DNA of 64,000 nucleotides from Abditibacteriaceae bacterium. GTDB lineage: Bacteria > Armatimonadota > Abditibacteriia > Abditibacteriales > Abditibacteriaceae. Under the pieces are notes generated by a model. It did not search any database, was not told where the DNA came from, and saw nothing but the letters and a program-made list of their open reading frames with translations. A program made the translations under genes and the position numbers. Shown in pieces: positions 1 through 8,676 of this stretch (position 1 is the stretch's first letter; each line of letters starts with the position of its first letter). Where the stretch lies: the NCBI GenBank assembly GCA_965277285.1, contig OZ255721.1:1792001-1856000 (forward strand), read 5' to 3'.

Positions 1-2401
1 GAACACTCGCATTCGGGCTGTCGCATAACGCCAGAGCGCGATCTACCAGATCGAGTTGATCGTTGGTGTTGAACCAACTTTTCGCCATTTCAAATGGCTG
101 CGGCAAACCGCTTTCCATCAGGCGCAAAGCCAGCGGCAAATCGAGTCCGATTTCGCGGATGCGCGCCAAACCCAAAGCGCGAATGGCGCCAAACGGATGC
201 GTCGCGGCAGCCAGCAAAGCGCCGTTGGAACGTCCCAGTTGATTGATGTTCGCGTCGAGCCAGCGCACCAAATACGGCTCCAGCTCCATCGGCGTGTGCG
301 CCAACCATTCGGCGACAGCGGAAGAGGTTACATGGACGAACGTCGCGGCGATTTCTTCATCGTCCAAAAGGCGCTTTTGCAAGGCTTCGTCGGCGCCGTT
401 CGCCACGCGTTCGAGTACTCGATTCCAGAACGCGTCCACCAAATCGGGATTTTGCAGCGTGGCCAGAAAATCGGGGTTTTGCAGCGTGTGCAACAACGTC
501 GCGCGCGCTGCACGCCATTGATCGTCGTTGGCAGAAAGAGCGCGCTCGATTTGCAAAGCGGACGACAAACGTCGGAAGAACGAGGCGAAAAACGCGGGCG
601 AAAGCTGCGCGAAAAACGCGGGGACTTGAATGAGGAAAGCGGCGAATTCATCGGAAGAAAAATGGGCACGCTCGAAGATTTGCCGCGCGCCTTCATTGTT
701 GGCGGCGGTTTGGTGAATCGCAGGCGCAATCCAAGCGCGCAAATTCCACACGCGCTGCCACAAATCGCGTGCGGCTTCTTTCGTCATCGCTGTTGCCGCC
801 AGAAACTGCCAGCCAACGGCATTCAACGCTTGATCGCTTTGATCAGAAACCAGCTTAAACGCGTCTTCAGCAGAAGGCTGCAAATGCGCCGATTCCGCGA
901 AAAACGCTTCCATTACTTGAGCTTGCAATTCGGGCTGCAGCCGCGCGATGTCGCTCAAACGAGCAAGCTGTCCAGTTTTCGCTTGTTGACGAACGCGTTC
1001 GAGCATCCACAAACGCGCGCTTTCGCTCACGGAGGCAAAGGTTGGAAGATTGCGCCAGAACACATCGTCGCCGATGAGGTTTTGAAAACGCTCGATCAAC
1101 AAAGCGGCGCTGCGGCGTTTTTTTGTCGCTGAACGTTGCTCCAAGGCTTCGCTAAGGATTTGCGCTGCGTCGCTGCGCCACGTCACATTATTTTCTGGTA
1201 AAGGTTGCGCGCTCAACATGATGCGACGCGTCTTCGCGCTGCCCAGCAAGACCAAACGCGCCCAGGCGCGTCCGCCGATGGTTTCGCCGCGCTGCCACGC
1301 TTGCGCAAATTGACGCGTCGCCAAGCTTTGCAAAAGCGGCAAATCGCTGCTCAGAAAACGCACCAACTGCCTACGGTCGAGTACTCGATTGTCGGCATCT
1401 TCGCCGTGCGCGCGCAAAACCTTTAGCGCCATTTCGTTGGCTTCCAGCGGCACTTGCATTTGCCTCAACAATTCGCGCGCTTCGTCCAGATGCGCGTCCC
1501 AAATCTCGGGAGCACGTTCTTCGCGGCGCAAGCGCACAAATTGACCGGCGATGTTCTTGTAAGCGCCGCGTCCTGGCTGCGTTTGTTTCCAGCGCGGACT
1601 GTTGGCAAACAAGACATCGAAGGTCGCCCAGTTCAAAGCCGGATCGAGTACGCGATTGCCTTCTTCGCGCAACAATTGCAGCACAAGTTGAAGGTATAAA
1701 TCGGGGTTTTTCTGCGAAAGCCCGCGCAGAATACGGCGCGCGCGGCGCTTCATATATTGCAGCGTCGGCTTTTTGGGGCCATCGGTTTGCAGGTGAATAA
1801 ACTGCGGATCGGTCACATCCACGATGAACGTATATTCGGGATTTTGCCTGCCGCGCCAAGTGGGGCCGCAAACGATTCTCAATTCGCCGCCATCCAGAGA
1901 AACGGTTTTCACTTCGTAAATATATTGGCGCGCATCGAAATCGAAGGCGATGGTTTGCGATGGCGCGGCTTCCTCTTGCGCCGTCAAGCCCAGAGTTTTG
2001 CGCAGCGCCGAGACGACGCCTTTTTTCTCTGTGCTGCTGACGACCAGACGCCAGCCGGTGTAATCGTACCATTGATTGCGACCGCCAATCGTGTAAGTGA
2101 AACCGTTGCCTTCAACGCTTTTCGGCGTTCTTCCGACAGTTGATGCATTCACGGCTTTCCATCGATTACTCGATTGCGTCCAAGCCGCTTCATCCACGCG
2201 CTTGAGCAAAACGCCCAGCATTTCGATGTCGGGATGGCCGTCGTTCAGCGCGGCTTCGACTTTTTTGAACAATTGCTTGAACGGTTTCCACGCGCCATAT
2301 TGCAACGTCGTGGTGCGCGCGAAATCGAGCAGCAAATCGCGTTCTTCGCGCGAAACGTTGGGGAACTTGTCAACAAAGGGAAGCAAAGCCGCAGGAGACA
2401 T
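1..2401 (-). CDS. Large alpha-helical (ARM/HEAT-like) repeat protein, 3' end runs off the window; candidate retron-associated protein
   Basis: Manual translation from ATG at 2401 gives 800 codons with no stop (MSPAALLPFVDKF...QYGAWKPFKQLFKKVE...TLQYMKRRARRILRGL...LMESGLP...LALCDSPNASV). It is rich in L/A/R/W amphipathic helices and is probably absent from the ORF track because it has no stop codon in the window. Confidence 0.75.
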   Translation of the reverse strand, partial: MSPAALLPFVDKFPNVSREERDLLLDFARTTTLQYGAWKPFKQLFKKVEAALNDGHPDIEMLGVLLKRVDEAAWTQSSNRWKAVNASTVGRTPKSVEGNGFTYTIGGRNQWYDYTGWRLVVSSTEKKGVVSALRKTLGLTAQEEAAPSQTIAFDFDARQYIYEVKTVSLDGGELRIVCGPTWRGRQNPEYTFIVDVTDPQFIHLQTDGPKKPTLQYMKRRARRILRGLSQKNPDLYLQLVLQLLREEGNRVLDPALNWATFDVLFANSPRWKQTQPGRGAYKNIAGQFVRLRREERAPEIWDAHLDEARELLRQMQVPLEANEMALKVLRAHGEDADNRVLDRRQLVRFLSSDLPLLQSLATRQFAQAWQRGETIGGRAWARLVLLGSAKTRRIMLSAQPLPENNVTWRSDAAQILSEALEQRSATKKRRSAALLIERFQNLIGDDVFWRNLPTFASVSESARLWMLERVRQQAKTGQLARLSDIARLQPELQAQVMEAFFAESAHLQPSAEDAFKLVSDQSDQALNAVGWQFLAATAMTKEAARDLWQRVWNLRAWIAPAIHQTAANNEGARQIFERAHFSSDEFAAFLIQVPAFFAQLSPAFFASFFRRLSSALQIERALSANDDQWRAARATLLHTLQNPDFLATLQNPDLVDAFWNRVLERVANGADEALQKRLLDDEEIAATFVHVTSSAVAEWLAHTPMELEPYLVRWLDANINQLGRSNGALLAAATHPFGAIRALGLARIREIGLDLPLALRLMESGLPQPFEMAKSWFNTNDQLDLVDRALALCDSPNASV

Positions 2402-2426
2402 AAGCGTGAAGAACCCGGAAATAAAA

Positions 2427-2662
2427 TCTTTGAAGCGGATAACTTCCGCTAAACGAAAACGGACGGGCGCCGGTCACTGCAACCCTATAGTGACAACTAC
2501 TCGAATTAAGGGCCTGAACCACGTTTCCACAGCGGGACATTAATTCGAGTAGTTGTCACTATAGGGTGAAATCACACCGACGACCCGTGATGAAATGCGA
2601 GCAATGCGACGACTGCGGCGAAACGCCGAAGATTGGTTGCCGAAAATCATCCGCTTCAAAGA
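2427..2662 (-). ncRNA. Structured ncRNA unit 1, retron msr-msd-like
   Basis: Terminal inverted repeat 2427-2448/2641-2662; perfect 24-bp stem 2486-2509/2540-2563 with a 30-nt loop; small CGGCG-AAA-CGCCG hairpin; scaffold shared with unit 2. Confidence 0.7.
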
Positions 2663-2727
2663 ACAACGACTTTGGTTGAAACGACTTCAGGAAAAACGAC
2701 TTGCAGGAAAATAGCGGAAAAACAACG

Positions 2728-2974
2728 TTTTGCACCTTAAAGAACACGCTTTCCGCTAAACAGAATGGGACGGGCGCCGGTCACTGCAACCCCGATACGC
2801 ACCGGTAGCGGCTTCAGAGACTGAGCCACGCTTTTCCAGCGGGCAATGAAGCCGCTACCGGTGCGTATCGGGGTGAAATCACACCGGCGGCCCGTGATGA
2901 ATAACAAGCAATGCGACGGTCGCGGCGAAACGCCGAGAACAAATTGCCGGAAACGCGTTCTTCAAGGTGCAAAA
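2728..2974 (-). ncRNA. Structured ncRNA unit 2, retron msr-msd-like
   Basis: Terminal inverted repeat 2728-2755/2948-2974, whose substitutions become G-U pairs on the minus strand; perfect 24-bp stem 2793-2816/2847-2870 with a 30-nt loop; scaffold shared with unit 1. Confidence 0.7.
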
Positions 2975-2983
2975 AGTAACTCG

Positions 2984-3012
2984 ATTATACGCCGCGATGG
3001 TTTCATCGTCAA
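2984..3012 (-). promoter_or_regulatory. Sigma-70-type promoter for the ncRNA pair and downstream ORF
   Basis: Minus strand reads TTGACG-17 nt-TATAAT. The predicted start near 2977 coincides with the 5' arm of unit 2. Confidence 0.8.
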
Positions 3013-3039
3013 TAGTGAAACCATTTTATTTTTGGATGA

Positions 3040-3135
3040 ATCACAGAGACACAAAGGTCACAGAGCAGAAAGAGATTTTAATTCGAGTACTCAATTCTCT
3101 TTCCTAAATCTTTGTGACCTTTGTGTCTCTGTGGT
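3040..3135. repeat. Intergenic inverted repeat of ~9-nt periodic units (CACAGAGACACAAAG type)
   Basis: Arms tcacagagacacaaaggtcacagag / ctttgtgacctttgtgtctctgtgg. Related elements at 9841-9954, 26130-26156 and 55927-56014. Confidence 0.75.
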
Positions 3136-3209
3136 CTAAATGTCTTGGCGTTCTTTGCGACTTGGCGGTTAAAATAAAGCATCTTAATCAAGGAATCGAG
3201 TACTCGAAT

Positions 3210-4316
3210 ATGACACTTTCTAAAGCGGCCATTTTTGAAGGCATCGGCAAGCCGCTGATTATCGACGAAATCGAAGTGGACGATCCCAAAGCGGGCGAAG
3301 TCCTGGTCAAGCTGGACGCGACGGGACTTTGCCACACCGAAGTCTGGTATATGAGCGGCGGCGATACGACCACGCGCGCGCCTTCTATTTTGGGACACGA
3401 AGGCGGCGGCGTTGTCGTCAAGGTCGGAAGCGGCGTGACTGAATTTGCCGAAGGCGATCACGTGGTGCCGATTTACATTCCCGAATGCGGTCATTGCGTC
3501 GAATGTCGCAGCGGCATTACGAATTTGTGCAGTGCATTGGACGACGCGTATTTTGGCGGCTCGATGAACGATGGCACGGTGCGTTTTCATCGTCACGGCC
3601 AAGATTTGAACCATTTCATGCTGACCAGTACGTTTAGTCAATACACGGTTGTGCATCAGGAAGCACTCGTTAAGATTCGCCCCGATGCGCCGCTGGATCG
3701 CGCGTGTTTATTCGGTTGCGCCGTCACGACGGGCATTGGCGCGGCGTTGTGGACATCGAAAGTGACGGAAGGCTCGACGTGCGTGGTTTTCGGTTGCGGC
3801 CCGATTGGACTGAACGCAATTCAAGGTTGTCGCTTGGCCAAAGCCGGAAAGATTATCGCGGTTGATTTGAACGAAGAACGTTTGCAAAAAGCCAAACAGT
3901 TCGGCGCGACCGATTTATTGAAACCCGAAAGCGGCAACGGCACCCAAGCTGTCAAAGAGATGACGAACGGCGGCGCCGACTTCGTGTTTGAAGCGACCGG
4001 CAATGTTCACGTCATGCGCCAGGCACTCGAAGCGACGCGTTACGGCGGCGGCAAATGTTGCGTGATCGGCGTCGCCAAAACCGGCGAAGTTGTCGAAGTG
4101 ACGCCGCGTTTGCTCATCGCGGGACGCACACTTTTAGGAACGGCATTTGGCGGCTGCCGAGGCAAAAGCCAATTGCCTGAACTAATTGATCGTTACATGA
4201 ACGGCGAGATTTTCGTCGATGAACTGGTGACGGGAACGATTGCATTGGAAGGCATCAACGAGGCGTTTGAGCACATGAAGCAGGATTCGGGTTATCGCTA
4301 TGTCGTGAAGTATTGA
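3210..4316 (+). CDS. Zn-dependent alcohol dehydrogenase, class III / S-(hydroxymethyl)glutathione dehydrogenase-like
   Basis: GLCHT, LGHEGGG, CGHCVECRSGITNLC structural-Zn motif and GCGPIG nucleotide-binding motif. Start placed at ATG 3210. Confidence 0.9.
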   Translation: MTLSKAAIFEGIGKPLIIDEIEVDDPKAGEVLVKLDATGLCHTEVWYMSGGDTTTRAPSILGHEGGGVVVKVGSGVTEFAEGDHVVPIYIPECGHCVECRSGITNLCSALDDAYFGGSMNDGTVRFHRHGQDLNHFMLTSTFSQYTVVHQEALVKIRPDAPLDRACLFGCAVTTGIGAALWTSKVTEGSTCVVFGCGPIGLNAIQGCRLAKAGKIIAVDLNEERLQKAKQFGATDLLKPESGNGTQAVKEMTNGGADFVFEATGNVHVMRQALEATRYGGGKCCVIGVAKTGEVVEVTPRLLIAGRTLLGTAFGGCRGKSQLPELIDRYMNGEIFVDELVTGTIALEGINEAFEHMKQDSGYRYVVKY

Positions 4317-4425
4317 GGTGATGTCGAGGGCGAGATATATCTCGCCCCTACTGATTAAAAGGCGTTATCGAGTACTCGATTTCGTGTGCGGTTCTCTTTG
4401 CTCGACTCGCACGATGAAGGAAGTT

Positions 4426-7158
4426 ATGCCCACTTGGAAACCGTTTTACGATGAAGTCGCGCGCCGCGTGCTGACGTTTGAGGACAGGCAGAACGAACTG
4501 CTGGCACTTGTGCGCGAAATGAAGGCCGCCGGTTTACACGCGATCCCTCTGGGCGACGGCACTCCTGACGCCCCTAAAGCCGAACTGGTCGAAATTGATC
4601 CGTTCACTTTTTTAGCGAACTTTCATCGCAGCAGCGAAGATTCGCGGCGCGATTTGTGGGACTTCCTGCGCAGAAAGTGGAACCTTTCTCATCCGGTTCC
4701 CGCCGACTTCGATGGTGTTCCCACAGTGTACGCGCAGCAATTCTGGTTCTTCCCATATATCGCCGAGCGCAAAGCCGACGACATTACATCGCTATGGCAA
4801 CTGGCGCGCGTTGCGGTTGAGAATCCGGAATTGCTGTCGAATAAACTTTTCAGTCGCCGCCTCGATATTGGCGACGTTACGGTCACAAAACTGACCTGCG
4901 TATTGTTCTGGCTCAATGCAGAAAACTTTCTTTCGCTCGACAGCACGATGCGCGCATATCTTCTGGAGAACAACATTGTATGGGACGATGCGGGCATCAA
5001 AAGCGGCGACGTTTCGGCTTACCGCGACTTGATGAACCACGTTCAAGAAAAGCTGGGTTCCGGCTATCCACAAATCAGCGATGATGCGTGGAAGGCCAAA
5101 CATCCAGTACTCGAAATGCCCTCCACAACATCACAAACCCGCTTCTGGAAACTATCGCCGGGCGAAAACGCGTACCTTTGGGAGAACTGGCGCGATAAGG
5201 GTCTTTGCGCTATTGGCTGGCCGTTTCTGGGCAACGTCGCGCCGATGAACGGCGTTGAACTGGAAACGCGACGCACGGAAATAGTGAGTCATCCAGAACA
5301 ATTCGAGAAAGCTCATCGCTACACACCGGACAGCGTGAAGCAGGTCTGGCAATTTGCTCATGACATCAAAGAGGGCGACTTCATTGTTGCCAACCAAGGA
5401 ACGAAGAAAGTGTTGGGCATCGGCACTGTAACCGGGCCGTACGAATTTAGTTCAGAAGATGAACATTATGCGCATCAACTGCCTGTACGCTGGCATGACA
5501 CGACTGCCCGCGATGTGCAGCAAGGCGGCTGGCGAAGCACTTTGATCGAGCTAAATCGTGCGAAGTTTGACGCCATCTTGAATGCCGGAGCGGAAGGAGC
5601 AGGCGTACCGATCTCACCCGTTGTCGAACTGAATTCCAGCAATGGAATCGAGGAATCTATGCCGCCGCTCAACAAAATCCTTTATGGCCCACCGGGAACT
5701 GGAAAAACCTACACCACGATTGAAGAAGCCGTGCGCATCATTGGCGGCGATTCACCGATGCCGCATTTGCCCAACGGCAAAGTTGATCATGCCGCCTGCA
5801 AGCGCGATTTCGACCTTTTGCGCGCAGCGGGACGCATCGGCTTCGTCACGTTTCATCAGTCGTTTTCCTACGAAGAGTTCGTTGAAGGCATTCGTCCTGT
5901 CCTCGATGATGCTACAGGCAGCGCGCGGTACATTTGCCGCCCTGGAGTTTTGAAAGACATCGCGCTGCGTGCTCTGGGCGCGGCGCTGGTGCCCGTCGAG
6001 ACAGGTCGCGTAACGTTTGAACAAGTCTGGGATGTTTTCATTGAGCAAACAGAAACGGCGACAGAAGCGTCACCGGATTGGTTGCTGCCTGGAATCGGGC
6101 CGAGTGAATATCGCATTTCGTTCACGGCAAGCGGCAATGTCATCGGGGAGAACGTAAAAGGCAATGCAGCCGCGCCTTACAATGCTTCCCGACAGAACAT
6201 CGAGTTGGTGTGGGAAAAGTTGCCCGAAAGTGTCACGCCTTCACACAACATTCTGCACGAAATTATCGGCAAGGGCGCTCATACGAATTTGATTGGCGCT
6301 ATCGTCAAAGATTTACGTCGGATAGAAAAGTCGCTTTCGCCCAGCAGCATCACAAAGATTGATCCACTCGAAGCCGCAAAAAGCTTCCTTCGCGGATCGC
6401 AACTTTACCGACTCGATCCAGCTAACGCACCACGTTTTGTGCTTATCATCGACGAAATCAATCGCGGCAATATCTCGAAGATTTTGGGCGAACTCATCAC
6501 GCTGCTGGAAGAAGACAAACGCCTGGGAGCCGAGAACGCGCTTTCCGTGACGCTGCCGACTTCGGGCGAAACCTTCGCGCTGCCCCCGAACTTGTTCGTC
6601 ATCGGCACGATGAACACAGCCGATAAAAGTTTGGCTTTGCTCGACATCGCGTTGCGCCGCCGCTTTTCTTTCCAGGAAATGCCGCCGCGCTTTGAAGTCT
6701 GCGAAAACCTGACGCCCGCACAGCGCGTGGTTCTAACCGAACTCAACATTCGCCTGACCCAAACGCGCGACCGCGAACATCGCATCGGTCACGCCTATTT
6801 CACCAACTGCAAAAGCGCCGTCGATTTCGACCGCACTTTTCACGACAAAATCGTGCCGCTCTTGCAAGAGTTTTTCTACAACGATTGGGACGGTTTGCGC
6901 TTTGTGCTGGGCGAAAGCGGCAACAACGGCACCTTCGTGCGCGCCCTGCCCGAAAGTGGCAGTGGACGCGCGCGCACTCGCTGGCAATGGTGGTTCGATG
7001 TGGGCGAAGCAGATTTTTCGTTCTGCGACGTGCTGCTCAAAGACTATAAATTGACACCGCAAGCCGCCAGTGACTTATCTGGTGTCGCTGCGATTGGCAC
7101 GGCAACGTTTGAAGACGAGAGCCAGGTGGAAGATGAGACGGACGGCGATGACGAATAA
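4426..7158 (+). CDS. mcrB: McrB-family AAA+ GTPase with extended N-terminal specificity domains
   Basis: GPPGTGKT, FVTFHQSFSYEEFVEGIRP, IIDEINRGN, GTMNTADKS (NxxD signature) and ALRRRF. AAGGAAG precedes ATG 4426. Confidence 0.9.
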   Translation: MPTWKPFYDEVARRVLTFEDRQNELLALVREMKAAGLHAIPLGDGTPDAPKAELVEIDPFTFLANFHRSSEDSRRDLWDFLRRKWNLSHPVPADFDGVPTVYAQQFWFFPYIAERKADDITSLWQLARVAVENPELLSNKLFSRRLDIGDVTVTKLTCVLFWLNAENFLSLDSTMRAYLLENNIVWDDAGIKSGDVSAYRDLMNHVQEKLGSGYPQISDDAWKAKHPVLEMPSTTSQTRFWKLSPGENAYLWENWRDKGLCAIGWPFLGNVAPMNGVELETRRTEIVSHPEQFEKAHRYTPDSVKQVWQFAHDIKEGDFIVANQGTKKVLGIGTVTGPYEFSSEDEHYAHQLPVRWHDTTARDVQQGGWRSTLIELNRAKFDAILNAGAEGAGVPISPVVELNSSNGIEESMPPLNKILYGPPGTGKTYTTIEEAVRIIGGDSPMPHLPNGKVDHAACKRDFDLLRAAGRIGFVTFHQSFSYEEFVEGIRPVLDDATGSARYICRPGVLKDIALRALGAALVPVETGRVTFEQVWDVFIEQTETATEASPDWLLPGIGPSEYRISFTASGNVIGENVKGNAAAPYNASRQNIELVWEKLPESVTPSHNILHEIIGKGAHTNLIGAIVKDLRRIEKSLSPSSITKIDPLEAAKSFLRGSQLYRLDPANAPRFVLIIDEINRGNISKILGELITLLEEDKRLGAENALSVTLPTSGETFALPPNLFVIGTMNTADKSLALLDIALRRRFSFQEMPPRFEVCENLTPAQRVVLTELNIRLTQTRDREHRIGHAYFTNCKSAVDFDRTFHDKIVPLLQEFFYNDWDGLRFVLGESGNNGTFVRALPESGSGRARTRWQWWFDVGEADFSFCDVLLKDYKLTPQAASDLSGVAAIGTATFEDESQVEDETDGDDE

Positions 7159-8491
7159 CGGCGGTCACAAGGGCGAGATTACACGCTTGTGCGAATGGTC
7201 GAAAGTACGTGTCTCGCCGCAAGTGTGGACGCGCGAGCGCCGCATGGCACTGACTTCCGCCGCCGATTCGTGGCGTCGTGTCAACAATCTGCCGCAAGCG
7301 CCCTTGAACTGGAGCGGCGTCGATGGATGTGTTCTCGAAGCGAATCGTTACGCGGGCGTCGTGCAGATCGAGGGCGCGACAGTCGAGATTTATCCCAAGC
7401 TCGACGCGCATTTGCTGGAACGAACCGCGCCCGATGAAAGTGCAGCGCACTCGGTCTTATCTTCTTTGACTTGGATGCTGGAGGTTGCGAACTTCGGTGA
7501 CGCCATCGACGCGCAAACAGCGACGCTGGGCACGGCGCCGCTCGAGTTTGCCGACATCTGGGCGTGGCTGTTCGCGCGCGATCTGCGCGAGCAATTGCAA
7601 CTGGGACTGGCCAGCGCCTACATCGCTCATCAAGACGACATAATGGCGGTGCGCGGGCGCATTCAAATCGCGCGGCAGGTTTCGCAAAATTGGAATCGCT
7701 TCGACCGCATCGCTTGTGCGTGGGACGAATGGACGCCCGACACGGCGCTCAATCGAGTACTCAAATGCGCTTGTCGCGTGCTGTCGCGCCGCGTCTCGCA
7801 TCCGGTGACACGCGGACTCATTTTCGATTGCCTGTTTCTGTTGGAAGAAGTCCGCGATGTGGCGCCCGAAACCGCCCTGCACGCCGCCGCGCGCCTGATT
7901 CACACCCGCGCCACCGAGCGTTTTCGCTTGAGCTTCGATTTTGCGCGTCGCATCTTGCAGGGCAGCGGACCAGCGCTGGGTGCGGGCGGCGAAGACACTT
8001 TCGTATTTCTGGTCAACATGGACAAAGTGTTTGAAGCTTTTGCGCGCGCCGTCATCGAAGCGCGTTTCAACACAATTGTCACCGAGCAGAAAGACTTGGG
8101 CACGCTGCTCGAATTGCGACTCGGAGGCGTTCGTCAAAAGGCCGATTTGCACTGGCGCGACAACGATGGTGTGTCTTGGATTGCCGATGCAAAATATAAG
8201 CATCTGGCAAAAGACAGCCAAAACGCCCTCGACTTTTTCGATGACGAAACCGAGAATCGTGCAGGTCGCAAATTATCGCCCGACGATGTGCGGCAAGTGG
8301 GCGTTTACGCCGAACTGTTGCGCCGCCAAAACAAGGGGATTGCGCTTCCGCAATTGATGATTCTTTATCCTTTTGTTGGCAAAGGGCGCTTTGCTATTTC
8401 CCAATGCCGAATGTGGAACGGCGCTCAACTTTCGCTGGTTCCGCTATGTGTGACGCCGCGCGCCAATCTGAGACAATGCGCGCCACTCTAA
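7148..8491 (+). CDS. mcrC: McrC-family PD-(D/E)xK nuclease
   Basis: Overlaps the mcrB stop. VEIYPK, DTALNRVLK, NMDKVFEAF, ADL...IADAKYK and DVRQVGVYA motifs. Confidence 0.88.
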   Translation: MTNNGGHKGEITRLCEWSKVRVSPQVWTRERRMALTSAADSWRRVNNLPQAPLNWSGVDGCVLEANRYAGVVQIEGATVEIYPKLDAHLLERTAPDESAAHSVLSSLTWMLEVANFGDAIDAQTATLGTAPLEFADIWAWLFARDLREQLQLGLASAYIAHQDDIMAVRGRIQIARQVSQNWNRFDRIACAWDEWTPDTALNRVLKCACRVLSRRVSHPVTRGLIFDCLFLLEEVRDVAPETALHAAARLIHTRATERFRLSFDFARRILQGSGPALGAGGEDTFVFLVNMDKVFEAFARAVIEARFNTIVTEQKDLGTLLELRLGGVRQKADLHWRDNDGVSWIADAKYKHLAKDSQNALDFFDDETENRAGRKLSPDDVRQVGVYAELLRRQNKGIALPQLMILYPFVGKGRFAISQCRMWNGAQLSLVPLCVTPRANLRQCAPL

Positions 8492-8676
8492 ACGATTCAT
8501 CAGATTCCGGCATAGTGCGAACAACCAGCAACTTTTTCGGATCCACAATCGAGTACTCGAACGGAAAGATTGCCTCCTTCATAAGTCGCCCACAGCACTT
8601 CCTTTTACTTTAGGCGCACTCTTTTTGCAAGGCGGCAACGAAGACAGCAAACGTTTCAAACGAAGGAGCCAACCTC

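Noticed and set aside
56..2543. Track ORFs 56-1132, 1371-2072, 1757-2143 and 2097-2543
   Set aside because: They are shadow or alternate frames of the uninterrupted minus-strand ORF starting at 2401.
2540..2566. Cloning-vector T7 promoter contamination
   Set aside because: It is not an exact T7 promoter and is embedded symmetrically in a scaffold shared with unit 2.
2427..2974. CRISPR array or cobalamin-type riboswitch
   Set aside because: There are only two long units, each variable segment occurs twice as an inverted pair, no cas genes are present, and I found no B12-box or other aptamer consensus.
2559..3139. Short ORFs 2559-2747 and 2846-3139
   Set aside because: They cross structured repeats and a promoter, and show no RBS or protein-like features.
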